Assembly: GCA_020852295.1 (NCBI GenBank)
Contig: JADZBC010000009.1
Span: 7,081-71,080, forward strand
Source: a bacterium
GTDB taxonomy: Bacteria; Patescibacteriota; Saccharimonadia; CAILAD01; JADZBC01
Direction: 5' to 3'
Length of the DNA stretch: 64,000 nucleotides
The position numbers were made by a program, and so were the translations under genes. Below, piece after piece: positions 44,929-55,334 of this stretch. The notes under the pieces are model-generated. The model saw only the letters and a program-made list of their open reading frames with translations. It searched no databases and was not told the DNA's origin. The number at the start of each line of letters is the position of its first letter. The first letter of the stretch is position 1.

Positions 44929-46314
44929 CTATCCATTGAGGATTTTTTGTTTCAGGGTTTTTATTTCATGACTAACTGAATCATTCTTTGTGAGTTCGGC
45001 ATTGATTTTGCGTACCCCGTGCATGATGGTCGTATGGTCCCGACCACCAAGAGAACTAGCGATACGTGGAAAACTAATGCCAAGCTCTTCACGCATGATA
45101 TACATCGCTACCTGACGGGGCACCACAATCTCCTTGTCGCGGCGGGGGCCGATGAGATCGGCAGTCGTTAGATCGTAAAAAGCGGCAGTCTTTTCGATAA
45201 CTATCTTTGGACTCAAGGTGGTCCGCGATGGTCGCGCTGTCGCCCCGCCGCCGATCACCTGGTCGACTATTTCGGTTGTGATTGGGGTGGCATTAGCTTG
45301 GCAATGGGCGATCAGTCGAGTGAGGGCACCCTCAAGTTCTCGAATATTGGTCTGTAGTAGCTCAGCCAAGTGACTCGCTACATTGTCTGGGAGGTCGAAC
45401 TGACGACTGCTAGCCTTACTCTGTAAGATCGCGACCCGTGTCTCGAAGTCTGGCAGCTGAATATCGGCGACCATACCCCACTCAAAGCGGCTCCTTAAGC
45501 GGTCCTCAAGGGTGGCGATAGCTTTTGGTGGTCGGTCGGAACAGAGCACAATCTGCTTGTTGGCCTGGTGGAGTGCATTGAAAGTATGAAAAAACTCTTC
45601 CTGGGTTTTCTCTTTGCCGGCAATAAACTGCAGATCATCAACCAGTAGGACATCAACCGTTCTATACGTATCGGCAAACTTTTCACCTTTTCGAATGGCG
45701 TTAATGAAATTATTCGTAAAGTCCTCACTCGTAACATATAAGATCTTAAAGTCCGGGTGACTACGAGCGATCTCAAAGCTGATCGCCCACATCAGGTGAG
45801 TCTTACCGACACCAGCTGGCCCATACAGAAAGAGGGGGTTGTACGATTCACCGGGGTTTTCAGTAACCTGGCGAGCTGCCGTAAAAGCGAGCCGATTGCC
45901 GGACCCAACGATAAAGTTGGTGAAGTTGTACTTTGCTTCGAGATTCTTCGGCAGGCTGATTTGCGACTGACGATTATTGGCGGACTGCTTTGTTTTCTGT
46001 GGGGTAGTTGGCTTTTCGGTTGGCCGATCGAGCCGAATATCTTCTTCCGCGGCCGTGCTCGCGGTCTTTATCTGGTAGGTAATTGATTCAATCGAGGGCT
46101 CTTGCTTCTGTAGGGCCGACAATATTTCACCATTATAGTTATGCTCAAGTCGATCTCGTGCAAAGATATTAGGAGCTGCAACGACAGCCTGAGTGTCGCC
46201 GAGCTCGAGCAGGTGAGTGTTCTTCACCCATGTTTTAAAGTTTGCACCGCTCATAGAGACCTCTAGCTCACCAAGAACGGCTCGCCAGATCCTATCGAGA
46301 TCCTTTTGTGACAT
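44929..46314 (-). CDS. dnaA: Chromosomal replication initiator DnaA
   Basis: YNPLFLYGPAGVGKTHL, DDLQF, RLRSRFEWG, RDHTTIMH. Confidence 0.98.
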   Translation of the reverse strand: MSQKDLDRIWRAVLGELEVSMSGANFKTWVKNTHLLELGDTQAVVAAPNIFARDRLEHNYNGEILSALQKQEPSIESITYQIKTASTAAEEDIRLDRPTEKPTTPQKTKQSANNRQSQISLPKNLEAKYNFTNFIVGSGNRLAFTAARQVTENPGESYNPLFLYGPAGVGKTHLMWAISFEIARSHPDFKILYVTSEDFTNNFINAIRKGEKFADTYRTVDVLLVDDLQFIAGKEKTQEEFFHTFNALHQANKQIVLCSDRPPKAIATLEDRLRSRFEWGMVADIQLPDFETRVAILQSKASSRQFDLPDNVASHLAELLQTNIRELEGALTRLIAHCQANATPITTEIVDQVIGGGATARPSRTTLSPKIVIEKTAAFYDLTTADLIGPRRDKEIVVPRQVAMYIMREELGISFPRIASSLGGRDHTTIMHGVRKINAELTKNDSVSHEIKTLKQKILNG

Positions 46315-46329
46315 AACTACCTCACCCCC

Positions 46330-46424
46330 TGTGAATATATCTCTATACTAGCGATTTTGTGAGTTTTCCACAACTGTAAAAGACCACAAAAGTAATCCAC
46401 AGAAATTGTGGGTTATGTGGAAAA
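46330..46424. promoter_or_regulatory. DnaA-box cluster upstream of dnaA
   Basis: TTTTCCACA 46364, TAATCCACA 46393, TGTGGAAAA 46416 and further degenerate copies. Confidence 0.75.
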
Positions 46425-46439
46425 CTTTATAATGGCTCA

Positions 46440-46468
46440 TTGACGTTTAAGGTGATTTAGGCTAAAAT
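46440..46468 (+). promoter_or_regulatory. rpmH operon promoter
   Basis: TTGACG-17-TAAAAT. Confidence 0.75.
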
Positions 46469-46479
46469 ATTACGGAATT

Positions 46480-46614
46480 ATGAAACGAACTTATCAACCG
46501 AAAAAACGACGACGTCAGCGAGTACACGGGTTTATGGCTCGTATGTCCACACGCGTAGGACAGGCTGTATTGAAGCGCCGCCAGGCAAAAGGCCGTAAGC
46601 GGGTAGCTATTTAA
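46480..46614 (+). CDS. rpmH: 50S ribosomal protein L34
   Basis: [22 protein letters not shown]...GRKRVAI, 44 aa; below the ORF-track cutoff. Confidence 0.97.
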   Translation: MKRTYQPKKRRRQRVHGFMARMSTRVGQAVLKRRQAKGRKRVAI

Positions 46615-46955
46615 TGCTCAAGCAGAGCTTCCGACTCCGTAGCTCAACTGATTTCAATAAGACCTACAAATTCGGCCGCAGCACCAATGCGGCTACTTTG
46701 TATATAAAAGCACTTCAGACCCGTCAGCCGATTAGTCGATGTGCAGTGGTCGTCTCAAAAAAAGTCGCAAAGAAGGCTACGGATCGAAACAAGATCAAGC
46801 GTCGCGTTGCAGAAATAGTCCGAGTTAACTGGGATAAGGTTACTCCTGGCTACAATCTCATCATCTCTCTCAAGCAGGATATTGCAACGCTCGATCAGTC
46901 AAAATTAGAGCACGAGGTACTGGAGTGTCTGAAGCGCGCCGGAGTGGTTCGGTGA
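46614..46955 (+). CDS. rnpA: RNase P protein component
   Basis: VSKKVAKKATDRNKIKRR; synteny. Confidence 0.95.
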   Translation: MLKQSFRLRSSTDFNKTYKFGRSTNAATLYIKALQTRQPISRCAVVVSKKVAKKATDRNKIKRRVAEIVRVNWDKVTPGYNLIISLKQDIATLDQSKLEHEVLECLKRAGVVR

Positions 46956-47227
46956 ACCGAGCGCAAAAACACCTCATAAGACTGATAAAGATCTACCAAA
47001 AGACACTTTCGCCAGATCACGGACCACGCAAAGTGCGATATCCAGCTGGTTATTGTCGACATTACCCAACTTGTAGCGACTACACGATGTTGGCGATTGA
47101 GCAAAAAGGGGCGATTAAAGGAGTTGGACTCGGGCTGTGGCGAGTGTTAAGATGTAACCCATGGGCAAAGCCAGCGGTGGATTTTTCTCATCTTGATCAG
47201 AAAAAATTTTCAGCCAAGGAGCAGTAG
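46952..47227 (+). CDS. yidD: Membrane protein insertion efficiency factor
   Basis: CRHYPTCSDY, RVLRCNPW. Confidence 0.93.
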   Translation: MNRAQKHLIRLIKIYQKTLSPDHGPRKVRYPAGYCRHYPTCSDYTMLAIEQKGAIKGVGLGLWRVLRCNPWAKPAVDFSHLDQKKFSAKEQ

Positions 47228-47230
47228 TTT

Positions 47231-48055
47231 ATGTTTGACGCATTATTAATACATCCATTCTTAAATCTCCTAATGGCGATTTACGGAATTATACCAGGGC
47301 ATGACTTTGGCATAGCTGTCATTATTATGACGCTCATTATTCGGTTTGCACTGTGGCCGCTCACTGGTAAGCAGCTTCATTCGCAAAAGAAACTACAGGC
47401 CTTACAGCCTGAGATCTCAAAAATTCGCGCCTCGGCCGGCGGCGACCGTCAGAAGGAGAGTCAGATGCTTATGGAGCTCTATAAGGAGCGGGAGATTAAT
47501 CCATTTTCTGCCTGTCTGCCGGCGCTCTTTCAGTTCCCATTCTTGATCGCCCTGTTTTTTGTTTTTCAGCAGAGCATTCACGGTGTAGAGAAGTTTGGGC
47601 CAAGTCTCTATAGTTTTGTGGCAAATATTCCATACATTAAGGAAGTATTGGCTAATCCTGCCCTGTTCTCACCAAAGCTTCTTGGTGTGGTTAGTATGGC
47701 GCAGCCGAGTATTGCACTCGCCATCATTGCTGGTCTTACGCAGTACATACAGGTCAAGATGATCACTCCAAAGGTTACCGATGGTGACGCGCAAGCCAAG
47801 GCGAATGCCAGCATGACACTCATCTTTCCAGCACTTACTATCTTCATTGCCTGGAGCCTACCGGCTGCATTACCCCTCTACTGGACAGCGGCTAACTTGG
47901 TTGCTATCTTCCAGCAGAAGTTGATCATGTCGCAGGAGACCGAGAAGATGGAAGAGGTCGCCGAGGCGGTCGTAGTAGCCAAAAAGAAATCAACAAAGAC
48001 CGCTGCGAAGAAGTCAGTCAAAACCAAGAAGAGGACAAAACGGGGGAATAAATGA
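47231..48055 (+). CDS. yidC: Membrane protein insertase (short form)
   Basis: LQPEI, ELYKEREINPFSACLP, ALPLYW. Confidence 0.93.
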   Translation: MFDALLIHPFLNLLMAIYGIIPGHDFGIAVIIMTLIIRFALWPLTGKQLHSQKKLQALQPEISKIRASAGGDRQKESQMLMELYKEREINPFSACLPALFQFPFLIALFFVFQQSIHGVEKFGPSLYSFVANIPYIKEVLANPALFSPKLLGVVSMAQPSIALAIIAGLTQYIQVKMITPKVTDGDAQAKANASMTLIFPALTIFIAWSLPAALPLYWTAANLVAIFQQKLIMSQETEKMEEVAEAVVVAKKKSTKTAAKKSVKTKKRTKRGNK

Positions 48056-48501
48056 GTGTTGAAGACATCAAGCTTGAGCTCAAAGAGTTACTCGAAAAAC
48101 TAACGATCGACGATGCGCAGATCACCGAATCAAATCTAGGGGATGCGCTGACGTTCAATATCGATACGGAACACCACGCCATTCTTATTGGACGGCACGG
48201 CGAAAACCTTCGATCACTACAGCACTTACTCAATACGCTCGTGAGGAAGCGCGATAAATTGGCACCATTTGTGGCGGTTGATGTCGCTGATTACAAGAAA
48301 TCACGCCAAGAAAAACTCATGAAGATCGCGCAAGAGGCTGCCAATCGGGCTCGCGATGAACATGCCGAGGTACGACTTAAGCCAATGAATGCGTTTGAGC
48401 GTCGGCAGGTCCACATGGTTTTAGCCGATGAAGCCGATATCGTAACCGAAAGTGTAGGCGAGGAGCCATATCGCACGATCGTAGTGCGCCCACGTGACTG
48501 A
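48052..48501 (+). CDS. jag: Jag/EloR KH-R3H RNA-binding protein (lacks N-domain)
   Basis: LIGRHGENL (KH), PMNAFERRQVH (R3H). Confidence 0.9.
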   Translation: MSVEDIKLELKELLEKLTIDDAQITESNLGDALTFNIDTEHHAILIGRHGENLRSLQHLLNTLVRKRDKLAPFVAVDVADYKKSRQEKLMKIAQEAANRARDEHAEVRLKPMNAFERRQVHMVLADEADIVTESVGEEPYRTIVVRPRD

Positions 48502-49876
48502 TATGCGAGACAACGACACGATAGTAGCAATCGCCACGCCAGTTGGGGTGGGATCGGTTGGGGTTGTGCGGCTCAGCGGTACTGAATCGCTAACGATAGC
48601 ACAGAAGCTTTGGCGACCGGTCACCAAAGATGAGAAGCGGCATAGTCACCGGGTATCACTTGGCTGGGTGGTGCGGAAAGGCATTAAGATCGATCAGGCT
48701 CTCTTGATCTATATGAAGGGGCCGCATTCCTATACTGGTGAGGACGTCATTGAGATTCAGGCGCATGGCTCGCAGGTTGTCCTTAACCAGATTGTTGATT
48801 TAGCGATTGCTGCCGGTGCGCGATTGGCTGAGCCTGGCGAGTTTACGAAACGGGCCTATCTCAACGGGAAGATTGATCTTGTCCAGGCTGAAGCGGTCGG
48901 GGAACTCATTTCTAGTACGAATCAGAAAATGACCGAGCTTGCATCCCAACAGTTAGCAGGCTCGGTCAGTACGAAAACCGACCAGCTTGCTCAGGAAATT
49001 GCACGCATTGCGGCCCGCGAGTCCGCGAATCTTGATTTTTCGGAGGAAGATCTCGGTGGTACGGATCCCGAGCAACTAAAGCGTGAGCTTAGTGAGATCA
49101 AGCATGATATCCAGAGATTGCTAGAAGGCGAGGATCAGCTGAGCGTTATTCGCGACGGCTTCAAGGTGGCGCTAGTTGGTCTACCAAATGCCGGCAAATC
49201 ATCACTCCTCAACTACTTACTAGGCCACGATCGATCAATTGTTACTTCCCAAGCAGGAACAACCAGAGACACGATCGAGGAGGCCATTACTATTCAAGGC
49301 CTGCTCGTGCGCTTGGTTGATACAGCTGGGCTACGGAGTGGTGCCGGAAAAGTCGAGGCCATAGGAGTTGAGCGCGCTATCAAAGAACTCGAGACGGCTG
49401 GACTTATCCTGCTACTCGTCGAGCCGGGAAAGTTGGCCGCTACCGATAAACTGATGCGTGATATGGGCATGTCGAGCAAAGCCCTTCGCGGTAAGGTTGT
49501 GCTTGTGCATACGAAATCTGACAAGCATCACTCATCCGAGAAATTGCAGAAATCAATCGACGACCTCCCGTCTCTTACGATATCGACAAAAACAGGCGAG
49601 GGCGTAGAGCAACTAAAAGAAACGATCTATAGGCAAGGGGTGCATCAGACGAGTGAAATAGGCACACAGCTAACGACGAAAAGACAGTATGAGGTGTTGC
49701 ACCGCGCCCTAGACGGAGTAGAGGATGCGGCGCAGGCAGCAGAGTCGGCAATGCCAACCGACATCATTGTGGCAGCACTCCAGCAGTCGCTCGATGACCT
49801 ACTGAGCTTGAGCGGCAAACAGGCGAGCGAAGAAACAATCTCGGCAATATTCTCTGGCTTTTGTATTGGTAAGTGA
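48494..49876 (+). CDS. mnmE: tRNA modification GTPase
   Basis: SYTGEDVIE, GLPNAGKSS, GTTRD, DTAG, FCIGK. Confidence 0.96.
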   Translation: MTDMRDNDTIVAIATPVGVGSVGVVRLSGTESLTIAQKLWRPVTKDEKRHSHRVSLGWVVRKGIKIDQALLIYMKGPHSYTGEDVIEIQAHGSQVVLNQIVDLAIAAGARLAEPGEFTKRAYLNGKIDLVQAEAVGELISSTNQKMTELASQQLAGSVSTKTDQLAQEIARIAARESANLDFSEEDLGGTDPEQLKRELSEIKHDIQRLLEGEDQLSVIRDGFKVALVGLPNAGKSSLLNYLLGHDRSIVTSQAGTTRDTIEEAITIQGLLVRLVDTAGLRSGAGKVEAIGVERAIKELETAGLILLLVEPGKLAATDKLMRDMGMSSKALRGKVVLVHTKSDKHHSSEKLQKSIDDLPSLTISTKTGEGVEQLKETIYRQGVHQTSEIGTQLTTKRQYEVLHRALDGVEDAAQAAESAMPTDIIVAALQQSLDDLLSLSGKQASEETISAIFSGFCIGK

Positions 49877-49882
49877 ATCCGG

Positions 49883-51685
49883 TTATTGGATAGCAGGAAA
49901 ATCGAGTGAGGAGCGGTACCAAGTATTGATAGTGTCGGTTTTTACGACTTTTCCATCGACCACAACATCGCGCCAAAACACAGTCTGCGATGGAATCTTA
50001 GGGTCTAAGTTGCCACTTATAAACTGTGGCCCACGGATGACGCCAGATTTTGTTTTTGTGCCGTAATAGCGAAATGTTAGGGTACTGCCTTTCATCTCCG
50101 TCTGAATAAAGAGGTAGTGACCAGAATCATTCCTAAACTTCATATCAACACCAGGGTAGTTGACTGCAGCATCGACACCAGGCACACCATACGGCTCAGT
50201 ATAGTATTCGACCGCAAATGAGTGGCTGACGCGTTCAAGGATTGGGAAGCCGGCCAGTAGCGCAGCGCGATACGCCGTGGTGCTGACTTGGCACATGCCA
50301 CCACCATATTCATTATTGACCCTGCCTTCGCCGATTACTTTACTCGGCAGATATCCCTGTTCTGGTCCAATTTCACCCATGCGCTCGCCAAAGGAGAATA
50401 CTTCACCTGGCTTCACTACGGTGTTATTGAACTGCGCCGACCCAACACGAATATTGGTGAGTCGAGCAAAGCTAGACCCAGGAAAGGTCGTCGTTGCTTC
50501 AGCAACGAGCTCTTTGATACCAAGACTATCAAGGGTTTCGGTACGAATTTCTGGCTTTGTGGTCTCGACCACGAGCGCAATGCGGCGGTCGGCCGCACTA
50601 TCCTTGAGTGCCGAAAAGATACTATTGGCGCTTGCTTCCACATCGAGTTTTCGTCCGTTTGTACCCTCTTTGGTGACCACTACCTTACCTTCAGCAAGCC
50701 CAAGTGTGGCATTTACTGGGCTACCATCAACTTGTTTGGCGAGACTAGCGACGTAGTCACTAACGGCCTTTTTATCAAATGAGAAATCAGCTGACTTCTC
50801 CCCAAGACGATAGTAGTCATTAAGCAGGCGACTACTTGCCACAGTCGGTGGATTGGACTGAGTTGGCAAGCTAAACCAGCTGAGCAAATTGTCGGTCGTG
50901 ATTTTCCATTCTTGCTGACCATCCACTAAAATGAGTGGGTTTGTAGCAAGATTTTCAAGCTCAGTCTGATGACTGGCGAGCGCCTCTTCGCTAATGGCGG
51001 GCTTTATATTTGCAATCGGCAGGTCGACTGGGCCGTGTGACAGCGTCGATATCGAATTGAGTAGTGCGTAGTTCAGGCCACCCAGATCAAGTCGCTTACC
51101 AACGGCTCCGGGTTCAACCGAAACAATCCCGTTGTCACTACGAAAAAGCGCATTAGTAGTAGGGGAGGATATTTTTTCGATTGGCTCAGATAGTGTCTCG
51201 GCCAACTTCTCTTGGTTGAGACTATAAGTTGCTTCGAGGGGTTGGGTTTGACCGATGAGGAGCCGCAACGTCTCTACGCCCTGAGTTAAGAAGTCTCCAC
51301 TACGGCCGATCGAGAAGAGTCGTTGTATGTCCTGCTCAATATCAAACTTTAGCTCGATTTTAGCCGGCTTGATTCGCCAAACCGCTGAGTTGGTGCTCAG
51401 CAGAATCGGACTTTGACCGTAAGCGGTAGTCTCGGCCTTGAGCTTATCGACCGCTTCAGACTTCGTCATGCCACCAATACTTACGCCATACAGAGAGCTT
51501 CCAGGATAAAAGCGGTCAGCACTGAGTAGTCGTACTGCAAGAAGCAATAAGGCTACCGCGAGTAACGTAGCCATGCTAGCAATGACTACCTTAAAGTACC
51601 AAGGGCGCCGATGGATTGTTGGCAGCACAATTACACCTTCGGTTTTTGGCTTCAAATTATGACTTGACGACTTACTTATTTTCAT
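49883..51685 (-). CDS. VanW-family protein with PG-binding repeats
   Basis: GGGMCQVSTT, GVDAAV, DMKFRND. Confidence 0.88.
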   Translation of the reverse strand: MKISKSSSHNLKPKTEGVIVLPTIHRRPWYFKVVIASMATLLAVALLLLAVRLLSADRFYPGSSLYGVSIGGMTKSEAVDKLKAETTAYGQSPILLSTNSAVWRIKPAKIELKFDIEQDIQRLFSIGRSGDFLTQGVETLRLLIGQTQPLEATYSLNQEKLAETLSEPIEKISSPTTNALFRSDNGIVSVEPGAVGKRLDLGGLNYALLNSISTLSHGPVDLPIANIKPAISEEALASHQTELENLATNPLILVDGQQEWKITTDNLLSWFSLPTQSNPPTVASSRLLNDYYRLGEKSADFSFDKKAVSDYVASLAKQVDGSPVNATLGLAEGKVVVTKEGTNGRKLDVEASANSIFSALKDSAADRRIALVVETTKPEIRTETLDSLGIKELVAEATTTFPGSSFARLTNIRVGSAQFNNTVVKPGEVFSFGERMGEIGPEQGYLPSKVIGEGRVNNEYGGGMCQVSTTAYRAALLAGFPILERVSHSFAVEYYTEPYGVPGVDAAVNYPGVDMKFRNDSGHYLFIQTEMKGSTLTFRYYGTKTKSGVIRGPQFISGNLDPKIPSQTVFWRDVVVDGKVVKTDTINTWYRSSLDFPAIQ

Positions 51686-51738
51686 GCCTACATTATATAC
51701 AACAGTCGTACAAAACGCGAAAAAGGCTCAACGTGGAC

Positions 51739-52785
51739 TTAGTCTGTCAGTTTTTTGAGTGCTTCCACGCCGTCTTTTACATTTTGGGCGCGATCCTTTG
51801 GGCAGATCAGTATGCCGTTGTCGGTATTGACGACAATGAAGCCCTCCAGGCCTATAGCGACAACCGGCTGCTCTGTCTCCGAGATAATGAGTGTATCTTC
51901 GCAGTCAATCTGCACTGCTTTACCGCGCATGACTACACTATTGTCGTCTCGCAGTATTTCATGAAGGTCGCGGAAGCTACCGATATCAGCCCAGTCAAAA
52001 TTACCCGGCACAACCTGTACGCGATCGAGCTTCTCGATCAGGGCGGTGTCGATCGGTTCATTGGCAAACTCTAGATAGCAACGCTCAGCTTTATTTGATT
52101 CATCAATACAGTCAATGAGTGAGCGGTAGCTCGCATCGAGTTCCTTGTTATGTGCACTGAAGGCCTTTTCGTAGATGGAGATTGGTGCCGCAAATAGGCC
52201 AAGGTTCCACAGGTATTGGTTTGATTTGAGATACTTTCTAGCCGTCACCTCATCCGGTTTTTCTACAAACTTCTCAACTGAAAATACGGGAGTATTGCTG
52301 ATCAAATGGAGCTCCTTGCCCATCTTGATATAACCAAAGCCGGTGGCTGGGTAGTGCGGGGTTAGCCCGATAAGAGTAATGGCCCTACCTTCTTCCGCGG
52401 CTTGTGCAGCAACGGTCGCGGTTTTGCAGAAACTGTCGGCATCAGCGATGTGGTGATCGGCGTGCAGAAAGACGACCGTTTCGTCGGTGGTAATGTGCTG
52501 CTTGATAGTTGCTAGAGCAAGCGCGATGCATGATGCGGTACCGCGTCGAGCTGGCTCGATGATGACGTGGTCATCGGGAATGTGAGGAAGCTGAGCTTTT
52601 ACTTCATCGGCGTGTGAGGCCTCGGTAACGAGGTAGATATCTCTACTCAAGCACTCGGTGCGCTTAATAGTATTTTGCAGGAGTGAATTTTCATCGATCA
52701 GGCGAAGCAGATGTTTGGGGTATTCTGGCTTTGAGATTGGCCAGAGGCGAGTGCCTTGGCCACCACAGATGATCACTACTATCAT
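51739..52785 (-). CDS. manC: Mannose-1-phosphate guanylyltransferase
   Basis: GGQGTRLWPIS..PK, FVEKPD, WADIGS; start reassigned to ATG 52785 (TATAAT 7 nt upstream). Confidence 0.92.
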   Translation of the reverse strand: MIVVIICGGQGTRLWPISKPEYPKHLLRLIDENSLLQNTIKRTECLSRDIYLVTEASHADEVKAQLPHIPDDHVIIEPARRGTASCIALALATIKQHITTDETVVFLHADHHIADADSFCKTATVAAQAAEEGRAITLIGLTPHYPATGFGYIKMGKELHLISNTPVFSVEKFVEKPDEVTARKYLKSNQYLWNLGLFAAPISIYEKAFSAHNKELDASYRSLIDCIDESNKAERCYLEFANEPIDTALIEKLDRVQVVPGNFDWADIGSFRDLHEILRDDNSVVMRGKAVQIDCEDTLIISETEQPVVAIGLEGFIVVNTDNGILICPKDRAQNVKDGVEALKKLTD

Positions 52786-52874
52786 GTACGGCATTATAGC
52801 ACTAACCGCAATTTGTCTTGCAATAATAATGAAGCTTTTATGCTATAATGTAGGCCAAGAACGGGGGTGCGCAT

Positions 52875-53408
52875 ATGCCACGAAAAACACAAATCAACAA
52901 AAAAAGAACTCGCATAATCATCATCGGCTCAGTGGTCGTTATTTTGGCCGCACTGAGCTTCCTCGTGTATCGCAAGTATGGCGACACAAAGGTGTCCGTT
53001 TCTCCGTCTCCTGCACCCACCACTCAGACGACCTCATCGCCAGGTAGTGCTTCAGCCCAAGAAAACCCCAAAGATGCTACGCCGACCCCAGTGCCAACTA
53101 CTCAGCCGGGTGGCGGCAAGCAAAGTTTGGTGCCGAACATTAGCAACTACAATGGTGGCGATCCAGTAACGGTCAATGCGGTACTCGGTAAGTCTGGCGC
53201 GGGTACTTGCACCATCACATTTTCTCGCGCCGGGCAGAGTGATGTTGTGCGCAGCGCGCAAGCCGGATTGGTGGTAAACTATTACGGCTGCGGTTTTTCA
53301 GTGCCACGCTCAGCATTTCCGGCTGGTGGCAATTGGAGCTTCAAGGTTAAGTTTGAAAATAGTACATACGCCGGCGAATCGACGCCAATGACGATCGACA
53401 TCAAATAG
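52875..53408 (+). CDS. Membrane-anchored protein with Ser/Thr/Pro linker and small beta domain
   Basis: Basic N-terminus, one TM helix, two Cys. Confidence 0.7.
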   Translation: MPRKTQINKKRTRIIIIGSVVVILAALSFLVYRKYGDTKVSVSPSPAPTTQTTSSPGSASAQENPKDATPTPVPTTQPGGGKQSLVPNISNYNGGDPVTVNAVLGKSGAGTCTITFSRAGQSDVVRSAQAGLVVNYYGCGFSVPRSAFPAGGNWSFKVKFENSTYAGESTPMTIDIK

Positions 53409-53426
53409 GTTTTAGAGGAGGGTGAC

Positions 53427-55286
53427 ATAAAACTAGTAAGACACATACCACAAATATTACTCGGCACACTTTTGGCAGTGGTGCTTTTTGGTGCCCAGCC
53501 AAGTCACGCGGCCAATGCAGGCGACTTTCAGGCCGGTCGCATCATCGATGATGCTGTATTTACCAATAAGTCAGCTATGTCGGTTAGCGACATCCAGAAC
53601 TTTCTCAATAGTAAGGTGCCGGTATGTGACACCTATCATCCAGCTGGTCCGAGCGCTCAAGGGGCTCAGCCGCCATGGATTTGTCTCAAGAACTACAGCG
53701 AAGGCGGTCGTTCGGCGGCACAAATTATCTATGACGCCGCACAGACATATTCGATCAATCCTCGTGTAATTCTTGTAACGCTCCAAAAAGAAAATGGCCT
53801 CATCACCGATACTTGGCCATACCCGTGGCAGTACCGCACGGCGATGGGATTTGGTTGTCCCGACGGTGCGCCGTGTGATGCGCAGTGGTATGGCTTTACA
53901 AATCAGGTCAATCAGGGCGCTCGACACTTCCGCGGCTTCTTTGACAACAGCCTGAGCTTTGTGCCGTATCGCCCGGGTAATAATTTTATTCAATATAACC
54001 CAAATTCAGGTTGTGGTGGCACTACTCTCAATATCCAAAACAAAGCTACGGCGGCACTTTACAGTTACACTCCGTACCAACCAAATGCCGCTGCACTCAA
54101 TAACCTCTATGGATCTGGCGACGGCTGCAGTGCGTACGGCAATCGCAACTTCTGGCGCGACTACACCGATTGGTTTGGCTCCACCTTACAGCCGAGCTAT
54201 GCCTGGCAATATGTGGGTCAGACGAGCTCAGTAGGCGGCAACTTTGTTGCAACCCAAAAAGCCACCTGGACTTTAACCGCAAAAAACACTGGTACTGCCA
54301 CCTGGACTAATTCTGGAGCAAATCCAATCCGTCTTGGCACAAATAGTCCACGAGATCGCGCAAGCGTCTTTTGTGGGTGTCAACGCGCCGCAACACTCAA
54401 TGAGGCCTCGGTTGCTCCGGGCCAAAATGGGACCTTTACTTTTGAAGTGCAGGCGCCAACTGCAACCGGTAGCTACAAAGAGTACTTTAATCTCGTTGCC
54501 GAAGGAGTTACCTGGCTAAATGACCCAGGCTTATTCTGGGGGGTGACTGTGGTGGCGGCCAACTATTCAGGCACAAAACTGTCAGACTCGTTGCCTTCTT
54601 CTCTCGCAGTAGGCGTAAGTGGTTCGGGGAGCTTAGTAATCCGAAACGACAGCAATGTAGCTTGGTATAACAATGGACGCAATCCGATACTGTTGGGTAC
54701 GAGCAACCCGACCGATCGTTCGAGTGCATTTATCGCTGCAGGGTGGCTAGGCCCTAATAGGCCGACCCGTATGGCGGAAGCAGTCGTAGCTCCAGGTCAA
54801 AACGCCACGTTTAGCTTCGCCCTCAAGGCACCCTCACAGCCAGGTGGCTACAATGAGAACTTTCAGTTACTCGCAGAAGGATACCGATGGTTTGGTCAAA
54901 ATATATCACATCCAATTACAGTAACCGGCCAACAGAACACGCCAGTTGGCACAATGTCCTCCAGTCAAAGTCTAGGTGCGAACCAGGCACTAGTCTCACA
55001 AGACGGGAGATACAGATTGATAATGCAGGGCGACGGAAACTTGGTTCTCTATTCGCCGAGCAGGGCGATTTGGTCAACGCGAACAAGCGGTAAGCCATCA
55101 ACCAGACTAGACATCCAGGGTGATGGGAACCTTGTCCTTTATGGCAACGATGGTCGCTACTACTGGGCATCTTGGACACAGGGTCGTCAGCTTGGCTTTC
55201 TGAATATGCAAAACGACGGCAACCTGGTGCTTTATGACTCTCAGGGACGCCCAATATGGAGTACTGGAACTAGTGGAAGAATTTAG
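53427..55286 (+). CDS. Secreted lysozyme-like domain + two Ig-like repeats + bulb-type mannose-binding lectin
   Basis: INPRVILVTLQKE; duplicated VAPGQNxTFxF; three QxDGNLVLY motifs; probable ATA start (ORF-track start 53472). Confidence 0.78.
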   Translation: MKLVRHIPQILLGTLLAVVLFGAQPSHAANAGDFQAGRIIDDAVFTNKSAMSVSDIQNFLNSKVPVCDTYHPAGPSAQGAQPPWICLKNYSEGGRSAAQIIYDAAQTYSINPRVILVTLQKENGLITDTWPYPWQYRTAMGFGCPDGAPCDAQWYGFTNQVNQGARHFRGFFDNSLSFVPYRPGNNFIQYNPNSGCGGTTLNIQNKATAALYSYTPYQPNAAALNNLYGSGDGCSAYGNRNFWRDYTDWFGSTLQPSYAWQYVGQTSSVGGNFVATQKATWTLTAKNTGTATWTNSGANPIRLGTNSPRDRASVFCGCQRAATLNEASVAPGQNGTFTFEVQAPTATGSYKEYFNLVAEGVTWLNDPGLFWGVTVVAANYSGTKLSDSLPSSLAVGVSGSGSLVIRNDSNVAWYNNGRNPILLGTSNPTDRSSAFIAAGWLGPNRPTRMAEAVVAPGQNATFSFALKAPSQPGGYNENFQLLAEGYRWFGQNISHPITVTGQQNTPVGTMSSSQSLGANQALVSQDGRYRLIMQGDGNLVLYSPSRAIWSTRTSGKPSTRLDIQGDGNLVLYGNDGRYYWASWTQGRQLGFLNMQNDGNLVLYDSQGRPIWSTGTSGRI

Positions 55287-55334
55287 CAACATTGCACTCA
55301 TCTGGTAAACTAGGAAATCACAGGTGAGGTAAGT

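Noticed and set aside
48494-49876. mnmE without adjacent mnmG as a pathway gap
   Set aside because: mnmG is often located elsewhere; cannot be judged from this window.
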